A DNA stretch of 64,000 nt from an uncultured bacterium (GCA_963726455.1 CAVSCK010000004.1:384001-448000); one strand, 5' to 3'. Shown: positions 32,857 to 43,254, counted from the first letter of the stretch. The notes: a model not told the origin generated them from the sequence alone. Translations and numbers: made by a program.

Positions 32857-35562
32857 ATGGCGAATGAGCGGCTTTTCTTGATTGACGGCAGTGCCCTGGC
32901 ATACAGGTCGTACTACGCCTTTGCCCAGAATCCGCTGCGCACGAAACGTGGGGAGCATACGTCCGTGGTGTACGGTTTCGCGACGACTATCCTGCGAATT
33001 CTCGCCAAGGAAAAGCCATCACACATTGCGGTTGCGCTAGATAGCAAGGAGCCAAGCTTTCGACGGGACATGTATGTCGATTACAAGGCGAATCGTCCCA
33101 CCATGCCGGAAGAAATGCAGGAGCAACTTCCTCGGTTGGACGAATTGCTGAAAGTGATGGAAGTTCCCACGTTGCGCCAACCCGGTTATGAAGCCGATGA
33201 CTTGATTGCCACGGCGACCGTCAAAGCAGTGAAGATGGGATGGGAAGTTGTTATCGTAACCGGCGACAAGGATATGTTTCAATTGGTCAATGACAAAGTC
33301 AAGGTCTGGAATCTCAAGAAAGTCTCTGAGGCGGGAGAATGGATCGACCGTGAAGCCGTTAAGGCCAAGATGGGAGTCTATCCGGAACAAATCGTGGACC
33401 TACAGGGATTGACCGGCGACAGTACCGACAACGTGCCGGGGGTGACGGGAGTCGGCCCTAAGACGGCCGTGCAACTCTTGGAAGAGTTCGGATCGTTTGA
33501 CAAGGTGTTCGCCAACGTCGACAAAGTGAAACGCGATAAACTGCGCCAGATGCTGACTGATCACAAAGATCAAGCGTACCTGTCGCGGCAATTGGTGACG
33601 TTGGAAACCAATGCGAAATACCCGATGGATTTCGACAAGATGCGCACGCCGGCTCTTAATTCGGCTGAACTCAAGAAACTGTTTCTGGAGTTGGATTTTG
33701 TGTCGCTTTCCAAATCGCTCGGGCAATCCACAGAGGAATCGACGGAGCAGTCGACGCAGGCAAAACAGAATTATCAGACGATAGATTCGCGTGAGTTGCT
33801 GGAGAAGGTCGTCACGAGGATCAAGGAAAAGAAGCTGTTTGCATTCGATACGGAGACAACGGGGTTGGATCCGCTGGCCTGTGGGTTGGTCGGCATCTCG
33901 CTGGCGATTGGAGAGGGCGAAGCATATTACATCCCGCTCGGGCATGTTGGCTTGGAGAGCACGAATCTCGACGCCAAGCTGTGCCTTGAATTGCTCAATC
34001 CGGTGATGGCGGACAGCGGCATCAAGAAGATCGCCCAGAATTTCAAGTTTGATTACCACATGTTGTCGCGGAATGGCTATACCATTTCGTCGTTCGATTA
34101 CGATCCGATGCTGTCGTCATACGTGATCGATCCGGCCGGCCAGCATGGACTCGATTCACTGGCGATGAAACACTTCAATTATACCATGCAGCCGATAACC
34201 GACTTGATCGGCACCGGGAAGAAGCAGAAATCGTTTGCGGATGTACCGGTGGACAAGGCGACGTTCTATTCTGCGGAGGACGCTGACTTCACGTTTCGAC
34301 TGGCCCTCAAGCTCGAACCTCTGGTCAAAGAGATCGGAGCGGAGAAGCTGCTGCACGAGATCGAATTGCCGCTGTGCCGCGTGCTGGCGGATATGGAAGC
34401 CGCGGGCGTCAAGATCGACGTGCCGTTCCTGCAGAGGATGTCGAAGGAGTTCACCAGCGAACTTGAGAAAATTGTGTTCGATATTTACACGCTGGCGGGT
34501 AAGGAGTTCAATATCAACTCCACGTCGCAGTTGGCGGAAATACTGTTTAATCAGCTTAAGCTCAAGCCGATGTACAAGACCACCAAGAAGACCGGCTTTT
34601 CGACCGACGTCACGGTCTTGATGGAACTTGCCAAGCAGCACGATCTTCCGAAGCGCATTCTGGACTATCGCAAACTGCAGAAGCTGAAATCCACCTACGT
34701 CGATGCGCTGCCGAAGTTGGTGAACCCGCGCACAGGCCGAGTCCACACGTCGTACAACCAGGCGGTGGCTGCGACCGGACGGTTGTCGTCGACTGATCCA
34801 AATTTGCAGAACATCCCGATTCGCACAGAGGAAGGCAGCCAGATTCGCAAAGCGTTTGTTCCGGCAGACAAACAGCACAAGATTCTAACGGCGGACTATT
34901 CGCAAATCGAACTGCGTATTCTGGCGCATTTCGCTGATGAAAAACCACTGATTGAATCCTTCCACAACGGCGAGGACATTCATCGGCGGACTGCCTCGGA
35001 AGTGTTCGGTGTCGAAATTTCCGCCGTCACTCCCACCATGCGGCGCGTTGCCAAGACCGCCAACTTTGCGGTCATTTATGGTGTCACCGCTTACGGGCTT
35101 TCACAGCAGTCAGACATGACAGTGCCCGAAGCGAAGGAGTTTATTGACATCTACTTCAAGCGTTACCCCAAGATTCGCAGCTTCATTGACGACACGATCG
35201 CCGAGGCGCGCCGACAGGGTTATGTCACGACGCTATTTGAGCGCCGCCGGTATCTGCCGGAAATAAACTCCAAGAACACCGGGCTGCGTCAATTCGCCGA
35301 GCGGACTGCGGTCAACACGGTGATTCAAGGCACCGCGGCGGATATGATCAAAATTGCCATGATCGAGATCGATAAGCAGTTGCGGGGAATGACCTCGAAG
35401 ATGATATTGCAGGTACATGATGAACTGGTATTTGACACGCACGAATCCGAAGTCGAGAAGGTGAAGAAGATCGTTCGCGATAAGATGGAAGGATGCGTTA
35501 AGCTCACGGTCCCGATAACGGTCGAGATGGGCGTCGGCGACAACTGGCTGGAAAGCAAGTAA
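32857..35562 (+). CDS. polA: DNA polymerase I
   Basis: LIDGSALAYR, EADD, FDTETTG (3'-5' exonuclease), GRLSSTDPNLQNIP, DYSQIELR, LQVHDEL. Confidence 0.98.
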   Translation: MANERLFLIDGSALAYRSYYAFAQNPLRTKRGEHTSVVYGFATTILRILAKEKPSHIAVALDSKEPSFRRDMYVDYKANRPTMPEEMQEQLPRLDELLKVMEVPTLRQPGYEADDLIATATVKAVKMGWEVVIVTGDKDMFQLVNDKVKVWNLKKVSEAGEWIDREAVKAKMGVYPEQIVDLQGLTGDSTDNVPGVTGVGPKTAVQLLEEFGSFDKVFANVDKVKRDKLRQMLTDHKDQAYLSRQLVTLETNAKYPMDFDKMRTPALNSAELKKLFLELDFVSLSKSLGQSTEESTEQSTQAKQNYQTIDSRELLEKVVTRIKEKKLFAFDTETTGLDPLACGLVGISLAIGEGEAYYIPLGHVGLESTNLDAKLCLELLNPVMADSGIKKIAQNFKFDYHMLSRNGYTISSFDYDPMLSSYVIDPAGQHGLDSLAMKHFNYTMQPITDLIGTGKKQKSFADVPVDKATFYSAEDADFTFRLALKLEPLVKEIGAEKLLHEIELPLCRVLADMEAAGVKIDVPFLQRMSKEFTSELEKIVFDIYTLAGKEFNINSTSQLAEILFNQLKLKPMYKTTKKTGFSTDVTVLMELAKQHDLPKRILDYRKLQKLKSTYVDALPKLVNPRTGRVHTSYNQAVAATGRLSSTDPNLQNIPIRTEEGSQIRKAFVPADKQHKILTADYSQIELRILAHFADEKPLIESFHNGEDIHRRTASEVFGVEISAVTPTMRRVAKTANFAVIYGVTAYGLSQQSDMTVPEAKEFIDIYFKRYPKIRSFIDDTIAEARRQGYVTTLFERRRYLPEINSKNTGLRQFAERTAVNTVIQGTAADMIKIAMIEIDKQLRGMTSKMILQVHDELVFDTHESEVEKVKKIVRDKMEGCVKLTVPITVEMGVGDNWLESK

Positions 35563-35571
35563 GCGACTGCT

Positions 35572-36819
35572 ATGTCACGTAAAGGTAAACGGCGCCAGGA
35601 AGAGAAGGCGAAGCGTCCGGTCCGGCCAAAACCGACGTTCGGACGCTATTACCGGCACTATCGCGAAACCTTCAACAAGATATTCCTCTGGGCGGGAATC
35701 ATTGCCGGGGCAGTCGCCATCGTCGCGGTTGTTGTACTTCTACTTCAGCATCATAGCGTTTCGCTGACCAAAGGCGACTATCTCAAAGACGCCCGCAAAA
35801 ACATGGCGCTCGGTTATTTCGACCGCGCCGTCGTTAGCTATCATCAGGCGGAAAACGCCGATCCAACTGACACCAAGATTCGGGACGAAATCACTATGGC
35901 AAGATCTCGGGCGGATTTGTCGCAGGGCGGCCCGTTGTCGCGCGCTCAGGGAGCGACCGCGCAGGTTCTGGTAGGGGACTCGACGCTCGCTGTAGCACAT
36001 GCAGGTTTGGCACAGCTATATGCCGTACAAGGAAACTATAATCAGGCGGTTGCGCAGGCATATACGGCCCTCAGGTTTGGCCAACTGGAAGGCGATACCG
36101 CCGCACTGCTGGCGGCATCCCTCGTGTTGACATCCTACTATCGGCAAGAAGACATGTATGATTCAGCCGTTACGTATGGCAAGCAGGCGGTCGATCTCGC
36201 GAATGTCGTGAACGATCCTGCCAACATCCTCATGGCAGAAGTGGGTGCGGGACATGCGTTGTTGCGGCAGGGGAAGCTGGAGCAGGGGAAGCTCTTCTTT
36301 GAGGACATTGTCGCCCGCGCCGGTGCGAGCAACAGTTACTTCGAGGGCGCCGGCAAGGTTGGCTTGGCCGATTATTACCAGCGTTCCGGCAACCAGGACT
36401 CCGCCAAGTTTTATGCAATGTCGGTTGAGAGTGCCCTATCCGGAGCCGGACCTAGTGAGGTCAGCGCCTATGCAATGCAGATTCATGGACGTAGTCTCCG
36501 AGACAGCGGCGCGGCAGGCGAAGCCGTATCCAAGTTCACTGATGCCCTTGGTCTGTGGCAGAAAGTGCGAAATCAAGCGAGTCTCGTAGACAACCTGAAC
36601 GACTTGGCGCGGGCCTATTACGATCTGAAGGATTACTTTAATGCGCGCAAGTATTTCACTGTGGCAGCGAAACTTGCGACAAAGTATGGTTTTCGCCAGA
36701 AAGACCTTTACAGCGCCGATATGAATCTGCGTTTCTTGAGATCGCTGAAGCAGGACGAGTATCTCAAGGCGGGCGATGAAGGCACCAGTCTCGTTGCGCA
36801 GTACTCAGTTTGGCTGTAG
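35572..36819 (+). CDS. Membrane-anchored TPR protein
   Basis: Basic N-terminus, one TM helix, TPR-like helical repeats. Confidence 0.75.
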   Translation: MSRKGKRRQEEKAKRPVRPKPTFGRYYRHYRETFNKIFLWAGIIAGAVAIVAVVVLLLQHHSVSLTKGDYLKDARKNMALGYFDRAVVSYHQAENADPTDTKIRDEITMARSRADLSQGGPLSRAQGATAQVLVGDSTLAVAHAGLAQLYAVQGNYNQAVAQAYTALRFGQLEGDTAALLAASLVLTSYYRQEDMYDSAVTYGKQAVDLANVVNDPANILMAEVGAGHALLRQGKLEQGKLFFEDIVARAGASNSYFEGAGKVGLADYYQRSGNQDSAKFYAMSVESALSGAGPSEVSAYAMQIHGRSLRDSGAAGEAVSKFTDALGLWQKVRNQASLVDNLNDLARAYYDLKDYFNARKYFTVAAKLATKYGFRQKDLYSADMNLRFLRSLKQDEYLKAGDEGTSLVAQYSVWL

Positions 36820-36829
36820 CTTCTCCGAG

Positions 36830-37462
36830 ATGATCACCGTCGGAATCACCGGTCAGATTGGCTGCGGCAAGAGCGTCGTTGCGAAAGAGTTTCGTCGACT
36901 CGGCGCCGTTGTTCTCTCCGGCGATCAGCTTGGCAAAGACGCAGTCAACAAACACCCTCAAGTTCTGAGGTCACTCGTCAAAGCATTCGGAAACGATATT
37001 CTCAACCGGACCGGCCAACTTGACCGAAAACGTCTGGGACGACTGGCATTCGCTGATCCGACCAGGACGCGGCTGCTTGACAAGATTGTGCATCCCTGGC
37101 TGCTGAAAGAACTTCGCTCGGACATCAGGAAGGTGCAATCGCGCGGACTTGCTAAGATGGTAATCGTCGACGCGGCATTGATTTTCGATTGGCGCCTCGA
37201 ACGCGAGTTGGACTACGTCATAGTAGTCGAGAGCACTCTCGCAAATCAGCTTGCACGGGTCGTGACACGCGGCCTGACGGAAAGGGAAATCCGCGACCGT
37301 ATTCATCGACAAATCCCCAAATACAAACAACGCCGCAAGGCCGACTTCGTGATCCCCAACAATGGCTCCAAAGACGAATTGATTGCTCGTGCATCGCGTC
37401 TTTACCGGAAACTGGAGCGATTGACGAACGCGCTAACAAGCCAGACAGCCGAGTCAAAGTAA
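36830..37462 (+). CDS. coaE: Dephospho-CoA kinase
   Basis: GITGQIGCGKS, LDRKRLGRLAF, IVHP, DAALIFD, ADFVIPNNGS. Confidence 0.93.
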   Translation: MITVGITGQIGCGKSVVAKEFRRLGAVVLSGDQLGKDAVNKHPQVLRSLVKAFGNDILNRTGQLDRKRLGRLAFADPTRTRLLDKIVHPWLLKELRSDIRKVQSRGLAKMVIVDAALIFDWRLERELDYVIVVESTLANQLARVVTRGLTEREIRDRIHRQIPKYKQRRKADFVIPNNGSKDELIARASRLYRKLERLTNALTSQTAESK

Positions 37463-37499
37463 CGGTCGCAGTTCTGCGTCCGTACCCGTATTTATCCAC

Positions 37500-37537
37500 C
37501 TAACACAAAACTAACGTTTGTGCAATTCGCGGCTAAC
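37500..37537 (+). promoter_or_regulatory. Putative Pho box (11-bp direct repeats)
   Basis: CTAAC at 37500, 37511 and 37533, GCAAT at 37522 (11-bp period), upstream of porin-pstS. Confidence 0.65.
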
Positions 37538-37603
37538 GCCTGAAATCGTTCTATATGGCGAGATGAACGGAGAAGTAAGTGCATTCAACTGCGGAGAAGA
37601 TTA

Positions 37604-38884
37604 ATGAGGACAAAATTGCTGACCGTCATGTTCGCAACCATGATCGTATGCTTCCAATCTGTGAACGCCCAAACGCAGGTCGACAGTTTGAGAGACAGTC
37701 TCCAGACGTTACGCGACAAACTAGAGGGCGTTGACGCAAATCTGGCTACATTGAATTCCGATGTAGGCATTTTGAAGAATCTCAAGGTGAGCGGATACAT
37801 TCAGGCACGGTATGAATACATCGACAGCACCGCCGGCGGCACGGCGCCCAACTCAAATAGCAACATTTACATCCGGCGCGGCCGGGCCAAGTTCACATTT
37901 CAGCCGGGCTCGTCCAGCAAGTATGTGATCTACTTCGACGCCTCCAAGAACTCGGTGTCGTTGAAAGAAGCATTCGTCGAGCTCTACAAGAAGATCGGCA
38001 GACAGAACTTCACGCTGACCGTCGGGCAACAGAATTATCCCTTCGGCTACGAGATCGAATACTCATCCTCCAAACGTGATTTCCCCGAACGCAGTCTAGC
38101 CGAAAACACGTTGTTTAACGGCGAACGCGATCGCGGTATCAACCTGATTTGGGCGTTGCCAAAATATCTTCAATTCAACCTGGGAGCGTTCCAGGGTTAC
38201 GGCATCAACGACGGCACGTTCACCTGGTTTGACCCGACCAAACAGAAAGATATCATCGGCCGCGTGAAGGCGAAGCTTGGCTGGCTAGATCTCGGCGCCT
38301 CGGGATATTGGGGCAAGAGAACACTCCCCGGCTCTGCAGCCGTGGCCGGATCCACGACTTGGTACGACGCCAACGGCGATGGTATCATGCAGCCGAGCGA
38401 AATCAAGACTACTCCTCCAAAGGCAGCCGTGGCTCCTGCCGAGTATAACAAGCTGCGCTACGGCCTCGACGCGCAGGCGTACTTCGACATTCTGCCGATC
38501 GGCAGCAGCGCCGTACGTACTGAGTTCTACTATGCCGAGGATTATAGCAAGCTGGCGAGCGACAAGAAGGGAGCAGGGAAGGGATTCTACGTCTGGCTGT
38601 CACAGAGCATCCGCAAGAAGTTCGCGGCGGCCGCTCGCTACGATTTCTGGGATCCTAACATCCACGGAGATTATGCTGCGGCAAACCCCGCACAACTGGC
38701 GCAGTTACGCGACGACGCCACCGGAACCATGTCGTTCGCGGTTCATTATTTCTGGGATTCATGGGTCAGAATTACGGCAGCTTATGACGTACCTCATTTG
38801 TTAAAGGACGGGTCACTGTTCTCCAAATCGCCGTACGATCGCCCGGACAACCGTTTCACACTGCAATTTCAATTCAGCATATAG
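37604..38884 (+). CDS. Outer-membrane porin, phosphate-selective OprO/OprP-like
   Basis: Signal peptide, short coiled coil, KVSGYIQARY, RRGRAKF, GQ...PFGYE, C-terminal LQFQFSI; upstream of pstS. Confidence 0.75.
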   Translation: MRTKLLTVMFATMIVCFQSVNAQTQVDSLRDSLQTLRDKLEGVDANLATLNSDVGILKNLKVSGYIQARYEYIDSTAGGTAPNSNSNIYIRRGRAKFTFQPGSSSKYVIYFDASKNSVSLKEAFVELYKKIGRQNFTLTVGQQNYPFGYEIEYSSSKRDFPERSLAENTLFNGERDRGINLIWALPKYLQFNLGAFQGYGINDGTFTWFDPTKQKDIIGRVKAKLGWLDLGASGYWGKRTLPGSAAVAGSTTWYDANGDGIMQPSEIKTTPPKAAVAPAEYNKLRYGLDAQAYFDILPIGSSAVRTEFYYAEDYSKLASDKKGAGKGFYVWLSQSIRKKFAAAARYDFWDPNIHGDYAAANPAQLAQLRDDATGTMSFAVHYFWDSWVRITAAYDVPHLLKDGSLFSKSPYDRPDNRFTLQFQFSI

Positions 38885-38914
38885 TCGCAAGAGGAAGAGA
38901 TAAAGGAGAGATCG

Positions 38915-39776
38915 ATGAACAAGAACAGACACATCACACTAGTAGCTGCTGTCTTAACGTCGCTAGTTGTCTTCGCTGCTGACCAACTTTGCCACGGTAA
39001 GAGCTGCCGCCAAGACGACCATCACCATCAAGGGTTCCGACACAATATTGCCGTTGGGGCAAAGATGGGCGGAAACCTTTATGAGCCAGAATCCCAATTT
39101 CGTGATTCAGGTCACGGGCGGTGGTTCCGGCGTAGGAATTGCCGCGTTGATCAACGGATCGACCGATATCTGCGAGGCCTCACGGCCAATCAAGCAGGGC
39201 GAAATTGACAAGCTGAAAGAACGCTTCAACAGCCCCGGCGTCGAAATTCCCATCGCGCGCGACGGCCTTTCGGTTTACCTGAATGAGCAGAATCCTGTCA
39301 CCGAACTGACGCTCGCGCAAGTCAAGGCGATCTATACAGGTGAGGTTACCAACTGGAAGGAAGTGGGTGGCAAGGATGCGACGATTATTCTCTACGGTCG
39401 CGAAAACAGCTCCGGCACCTATTCATTCCTGAAGGACAATGTCCTCATGGGCGAGGATTTCGCGGCGCAGACTCAGACTCTGCCCGGTACCGCGGCGATT
39501 GTTAATGCCGTCGCCAGAGACGTCAACGGTATCGGGTATGGCGGCGCCGCCTATGCCAAGGGCGTGAAAGACTGTAAAATCAAGAAGGACGATAAATTGA
39601 CCTCATATCTGCCGACAGAGGAGAATATCAGGTCAGGACAATATCCTCTTTCACGCTACCTGTTCTGGTATCTGACTTCAAAACCCAGTGGCGATATTAA
39701 GAAACTGGTCGATTACGTGCTTTCAGACGATGGCCAAAAGATTGTCAAGCTGGTCGGATATTTCCCAGTAAAGTAA
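38915..39776 (+). CDS. pstS: Phosphate ABC transporter substrate-binding protein (frameshift in the signal region near 38965-38985)
   Basis: KGSDT, GGGSGVGIAALING, ASRPIK, RENSSGTY, YPLSRYLF; the ATG, SD and signal peptide are in the adjacent frame. Confidence 0.9.
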
Positions 39777-39808
39777 CATTCCCGCTCGCCTCTATCGCTT
39801 TCCACTCC

Positions 39809-39848
39809 CGGACGGATGGTCACTCCCTGCCATCCGTCCGTTTGATTT
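39809..39848 (+). terminator. Intrinsic terminator after pstS
   Basis: CGGACGGATGG-10 nt-CCATCCGTCCG followed by TTTGATTT. Confidence 0.8.
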
Positions 39849-39857
39849 ATGCCGCAC

Positions 39858-40760
39858 TTAGTCTTTGTCGCCCTTCTTTGCGGGCTTCTCCTTCTTTTCG
39901 GAAGGGCCCTTCTTCTCCTTCGATTCCTTCGTAGCCGGTTGTTTGTCCCCCGGCTTGCCGGACTTGTCCTTGTTCGCGTTTTTCACCACCGCTTTTGATT
40001 GGAAAGCTTCCTTAATGGCCACCTCGCCATACTTGTGGATTCGACCCTTCTCAACGTCGGCGGGGACGATGCGTTCCACCTTGCTGTTTCCGCCGCCTAC
40101 GGGTTTGAATTTGATCTTGATCGGAGTAATGGTCCGCCCGGTCTGAAGCTCGATGTTCCGAAACTCGGGAAACTGGTGTGAAGCGGTCTTGAGATCGAAC
40201 TCGTTCGCATTGGCCAGACGATAGCGCCAGATGTCTTCCCGCAGGATGTCACTTACATGCACGACGTTCCAGACATGCGTGTCGTAAACCTCAAATTCCT
40301 GCGGCAGTGAATACCCTTCTGGTGGCAGGGGGGCCCAGCCGACAAATTCATCATAAGATATCCACTCGACCCGCTCCGGCTCCCATTCGTAACCGGGAAT
40401 CCAGAACCAGCCAATATCGTTTTGGTAACACCAATTTCCGTGGTGATACACGAGCCAGCCAAAGGGCTCGTACGACATCCAGGTCCAGCCGCGATCGCAC
40501 AATTCCCAATGACCGTAATAGAACGGCGCCCAACCGGCATCGTAATCCGGGTGCCAGACTTCTCCGAACGGCTCAACATCAACCCATTCACCATATTCGG
40601 ACAGGAAGTCGAAATCCGGTGACCGGTAGTCAACTTGCATGTTTGAATCTGAATAGGTGCTGCTTGCGGCGCAGCCGATGAAATTGGCTGCCAGGATCAC
40701 CAGCACAATTGGAACGGCGGCGAGCAATAGTCGCGCCGTAATAGTCTCGATTCTCGCCAT
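39858..40760 (-). CDS. Putative lipoprotein with a Trp/Gly/Pro-rich DUF6600-like domain and Lys-rich tail
   Basis: FIGC lipobox; LSEYGEW....FGEVWHP...GWAPFYYGHW...GWTWMSYEPFGW..YHHGNW...VGWAPLPP. Confidence 0.7.
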   Translation of the reverse strand: MARIETITARLLLAAVPIVLVILAANFIGCAASSTYSDSNMQVDYRSPDFDFLSEYGEWVDVEPFGEVWHPDYDAGWAPFYYGHWELCDRGWTWMSYEPFGWLVYHHGNWCYQNDIGWFWIPGYEWEPERVEWISYDEFVGWAPLPPEGYSLPQEFEVYDTHVWNVVHVSDILREDIWRYRLANANEFDLKTASHQFPEFRNIELQTGRTITPIKIKFKPVGGGNSKVERIVPADVEKGRIHKYGEVAIKEAFQSKAVVKNANKDKSGKPGDKQPATKESKEKKGPSEKKEKPAKKGDKD

Positions 40761-40953
40761 AATCTACCTCCGACTTTACTTAATTGTACCCAACCAGAGC
40801 TATGGAGTTGATAAAACCTTAGGCCACATCATTTCGTGAACCGGCGATCCGACTCACTTATATACCTACGTCACCGGCGCCGGCACCGTATAATAATAGC
40901 AGGAACCTATACATCTTTGCCTCTGTTTATACCCATAGGAGTGCTTTGCGAAT

Positions 40954-42354
40954 ATGACGATTGTTGAACGACTGGCCGCATTTGTAGCGGAGACAACGTA
41001 TGCCGACCTGCCGTCGAACGTGCGCCAGACCCTGAAAATTAGGATCCTCGACTCTCTCGGTTGTGCAATCGCTGCACTTGACGGCGAGCCGATCCGCCTG
41101 ATTCGAGCTGAAATTGACGAGTTTGGCGGTTCGCCTTTGTGCGCTCTGATTGGCGGGGGCAAGACAGCTCCTGATCGCGCCGCATTCTACAATAGCGCGT
41201 TGGTACGATACATCGACTTCAACGATTCATTTCTCGCGCCGGACGAAACCTGCCACCCCAGCGACAATCTGGGCGGAATTCTCGCTGCCACCGAATATGC
41301 CGACGGGAATGGAAGCGATCTATTGACCGCCCTCGCGATTGCTTATGCCGTTCAGTGCCGTCTCAGCGAAATTGCTCCGGTACGAGCGAAAGGATTTGAT
41401 CACACGGTGCAGGGCGCCTACGCTGCTGCCGCCGGTATTGCCAAGGCACTTCGGCTTGATGCCACGAAAACCGCAAATGCCATCGCCATCAGTGGTACAG
41501 CAAACAATGCTTTGCGTGTCACGCGCACCGGCCCGCTGTCACATTGGAAAGGCCTGGCATATCCCAACACCGTTCTTGGAGCCATGCACGCCGCCTTTCT
41601 GGCAAAGTATGGTATCACCGGTCCGCCTGAAGTATTCGAGGGCAACAAGGGTTTCATGGATTCCATCGCTGGGCGTTTCGAACATGAATGGTCGCGGGAC
41701 GATTTCGCCCTGATCTTGCGTACGATTGTCAAGAAATACAATGCCGAGATTCATTCGCAGTCAGTGCTCGAGGGAGTGCTGGAATTGAAGCAGCGTCATG
41801 CGTTCGACCCCAAGGATATCGAGACCGTTGATGTCGGAGTGTTCGACGTCGCGTTCAATATTATCGGTGGCGGGGAAGAGGGTGACAAGAAGACGGTACA
41901 CACGAAGGAGCAGGCCGATCATAGTTTGCCATACATGGTGACAGTTGCGCTGCTGGACAGCGAAGTTATGCCGCGTCAGTACTTGCCAAGTCGTATTGTT
42001 CGGTCTGACGTGCAAGATCTGCTTAGGAAGATAAACGTGCGGCCGGTACCGGAATACAGCCGGCGTTTCCCGAATGAGATGCCGTGTCGCATTACCATTC
42101 ACTTGACGGGTGGGCGCGTGTTTACGATTGAAAAGAGCGATTACGAGGGGTTTAACACCCGGCCGATAGGATGGAACACGGTCGTCGAGAAGTTTAGACG
42201 ATTGGTCGCCCCATATGCTGATGAATCACTTCAAGACCGTATCATCGCGACCGTCGCTGACATCGAGAATTATTCTGTCGCGACCCTAATGGAGTCGCTG
42301 GCTTCCATCACTCAGCGGGGGAGCATCGGACAAGCCGAAACCTCCCGCACCTAG
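40954..42354 (+). CDS. MmgE/PrpD family dehydratase
   Basis: RILDSLGC, VRYIDFND, HPSDN, LSHWKG, ADHSLPY. Confidence 0.9.
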   Translation: MTIVERLAAFVAETTYADLPSNVRQTLKIRILDSLGCAIAALDGEPIRLIRAEIDEFGGSPLCALIGGGKTAPDRAAFYNSALVRYIDFNDSFLAPDETCHPSDNLGGILAATEYADGNGSDLLTALAIAYAVQCRLSEIAPVRAKGFDHTVQGAYAAAAGIAKALRLDATKTANAIAISGTANNALRVTRTGPLSHWKGLAYPNTVLGAMHAAFLAKYGITGPPEVFEGNKGFMDSIAGRFEHEWSRDDFALILRTIVKKYNAEIHSQSVLEGVLELKQRHAFDPKDIETVDVGVFDVAFNIIGGGEEGDKKTVHTKEQADHSLPYMVTVALLDSEVMPRQYLPSRIVRSDVQDLLRKINVRPVPEYSRRFPNEMPCRITIHLTGGRVFTIEKSDYEGFNTRPIGWNTVVEKFRRLVAPYADESLQDRIIATVADIENYSVATLMESLASITQRGSIGQAETSRT

Positions 42355-42376
42355 ACTGATCAAAAGGAGACGTAAT

Positions 42377-43213
42377 ATGTCGCAGCCAAATGAAAATGAG
42401 CGCGCCTTTCCATTTCTTAAATTCAATGATCGCCCGCCCAAGCCTCGCGTACGCGGCATCACCGAGATTCGCGGCCCGTATTACACGGTCATGGGCAAGC
42501 GATACTTGCAGGACGTGTTGGAAACGATGGGCGCCTACATTGACACTCTCAAATTTGCCGGCGGGTCTTTCAGTCTAATGCCCCGAAAAGTGGTCAAGGA
42601 ATTGAACGAGCTTTGCCACGCATACGATGTCAAGGTCTCGACCGGTGGATTTATCGAGCGCATCCTCACGTACGGACAGGACGCCGTCGCGAAATACATC
42701 GAGGAATGCAAGTCACTTGGATTTGACGTCATCGAGATTTCCAGTGGCTTCATAACCATGCCCTCGGACGATTGGCTGCGGCTGATTGAGAAGGTTCAGG
42801 ACGCTGGCCTCAAGGCGAAACCGGAAGTTGGCATTCAGTTCGGTGCGGGTGGTGCGACGGCTGAGGCGGAATTAGCGGCCGAGGGCACTCGCGATGTCGG
42901 TTGGGCGATCCAGCTTGCCAAGAAATTCATTGCTGCTGGCGCCTACCAGATCATGATCGAATCTGAGGGCATCACCGAGAACGTCACGACCTGGCGCACC
43001 GATGTTGTGGCGCGGATCATCAATGAGTTGGGTTTGGAAAAGCCGATGTTTGAGGCCGCCGATCCGGAAGTGTTTGCCTGGTACATCAAGAATTATGGTC
43101 CGGAGGTGAATCTCTTTGTCGATCACAGCCAGATCGTGCAACTCGAATGCTTGCGCTCCGGCCTCTGGGGAACAAAGAATCTGTGGGGAAGAATCGTTAC
43201 CTACAAGGGTTAA
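42377..43213 (+). CDS. Phosphosulfolactate synthase (ComA)/HSA32-like protein
   Basis: KPRVRGITEIRGPYY, LKFAGGS, IEISSGF, KPEVG, IMIESEG, MFEA, GPEVNLFVD, LECLRSGLWG. Confidence 0.85.
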   Translation: MSQPNENERAFPFLKFNDRPPKPRVRGITEIRGPYYTVMGKRYLQDVLETMGAYIDTLKFAGGSFSLMPRKVVKELNELCHAYDVKVSTGGFIERILTYGQDAVAKYIEECKSLGFDVIEISSGFITMPSDDWLRLIEKVQDAGLKAKPEVGIQFGAGGATAEAELAAEGTRDVGWAIQLAKKFIAAGAYQIMIESEGITENVTTWRTDVVARIINELGLEKPMFEAADPEVFAWYIKNYGPEVNLFVDHSQIVQLECLRSGLWGTKNLWGRIVTYKG

Positions 43214-43223
43214 GAAAGATTCG

Positions 43224-43254
43224 AAAACAAACGGCGGTTCAGGGAGAACCGCCG
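43224..43254 (-). terminator. Intrinsic terminator for the minus-strand dockerin gene (possibly bidirectional)
   Basis: CGGCGGTTC-AGGGA-GAACCGCCG preceded by AAAACAAA. Confidence 0.75.

Noticed and set aside
23013-34878. Long antisense ORFs (e.g. 23013-23969, 26194-26850, 33400-34059, 34156-34878)
   Set aside because: Shadow ORFs opposite well-conserved genes, expected at this GC content and codon bias
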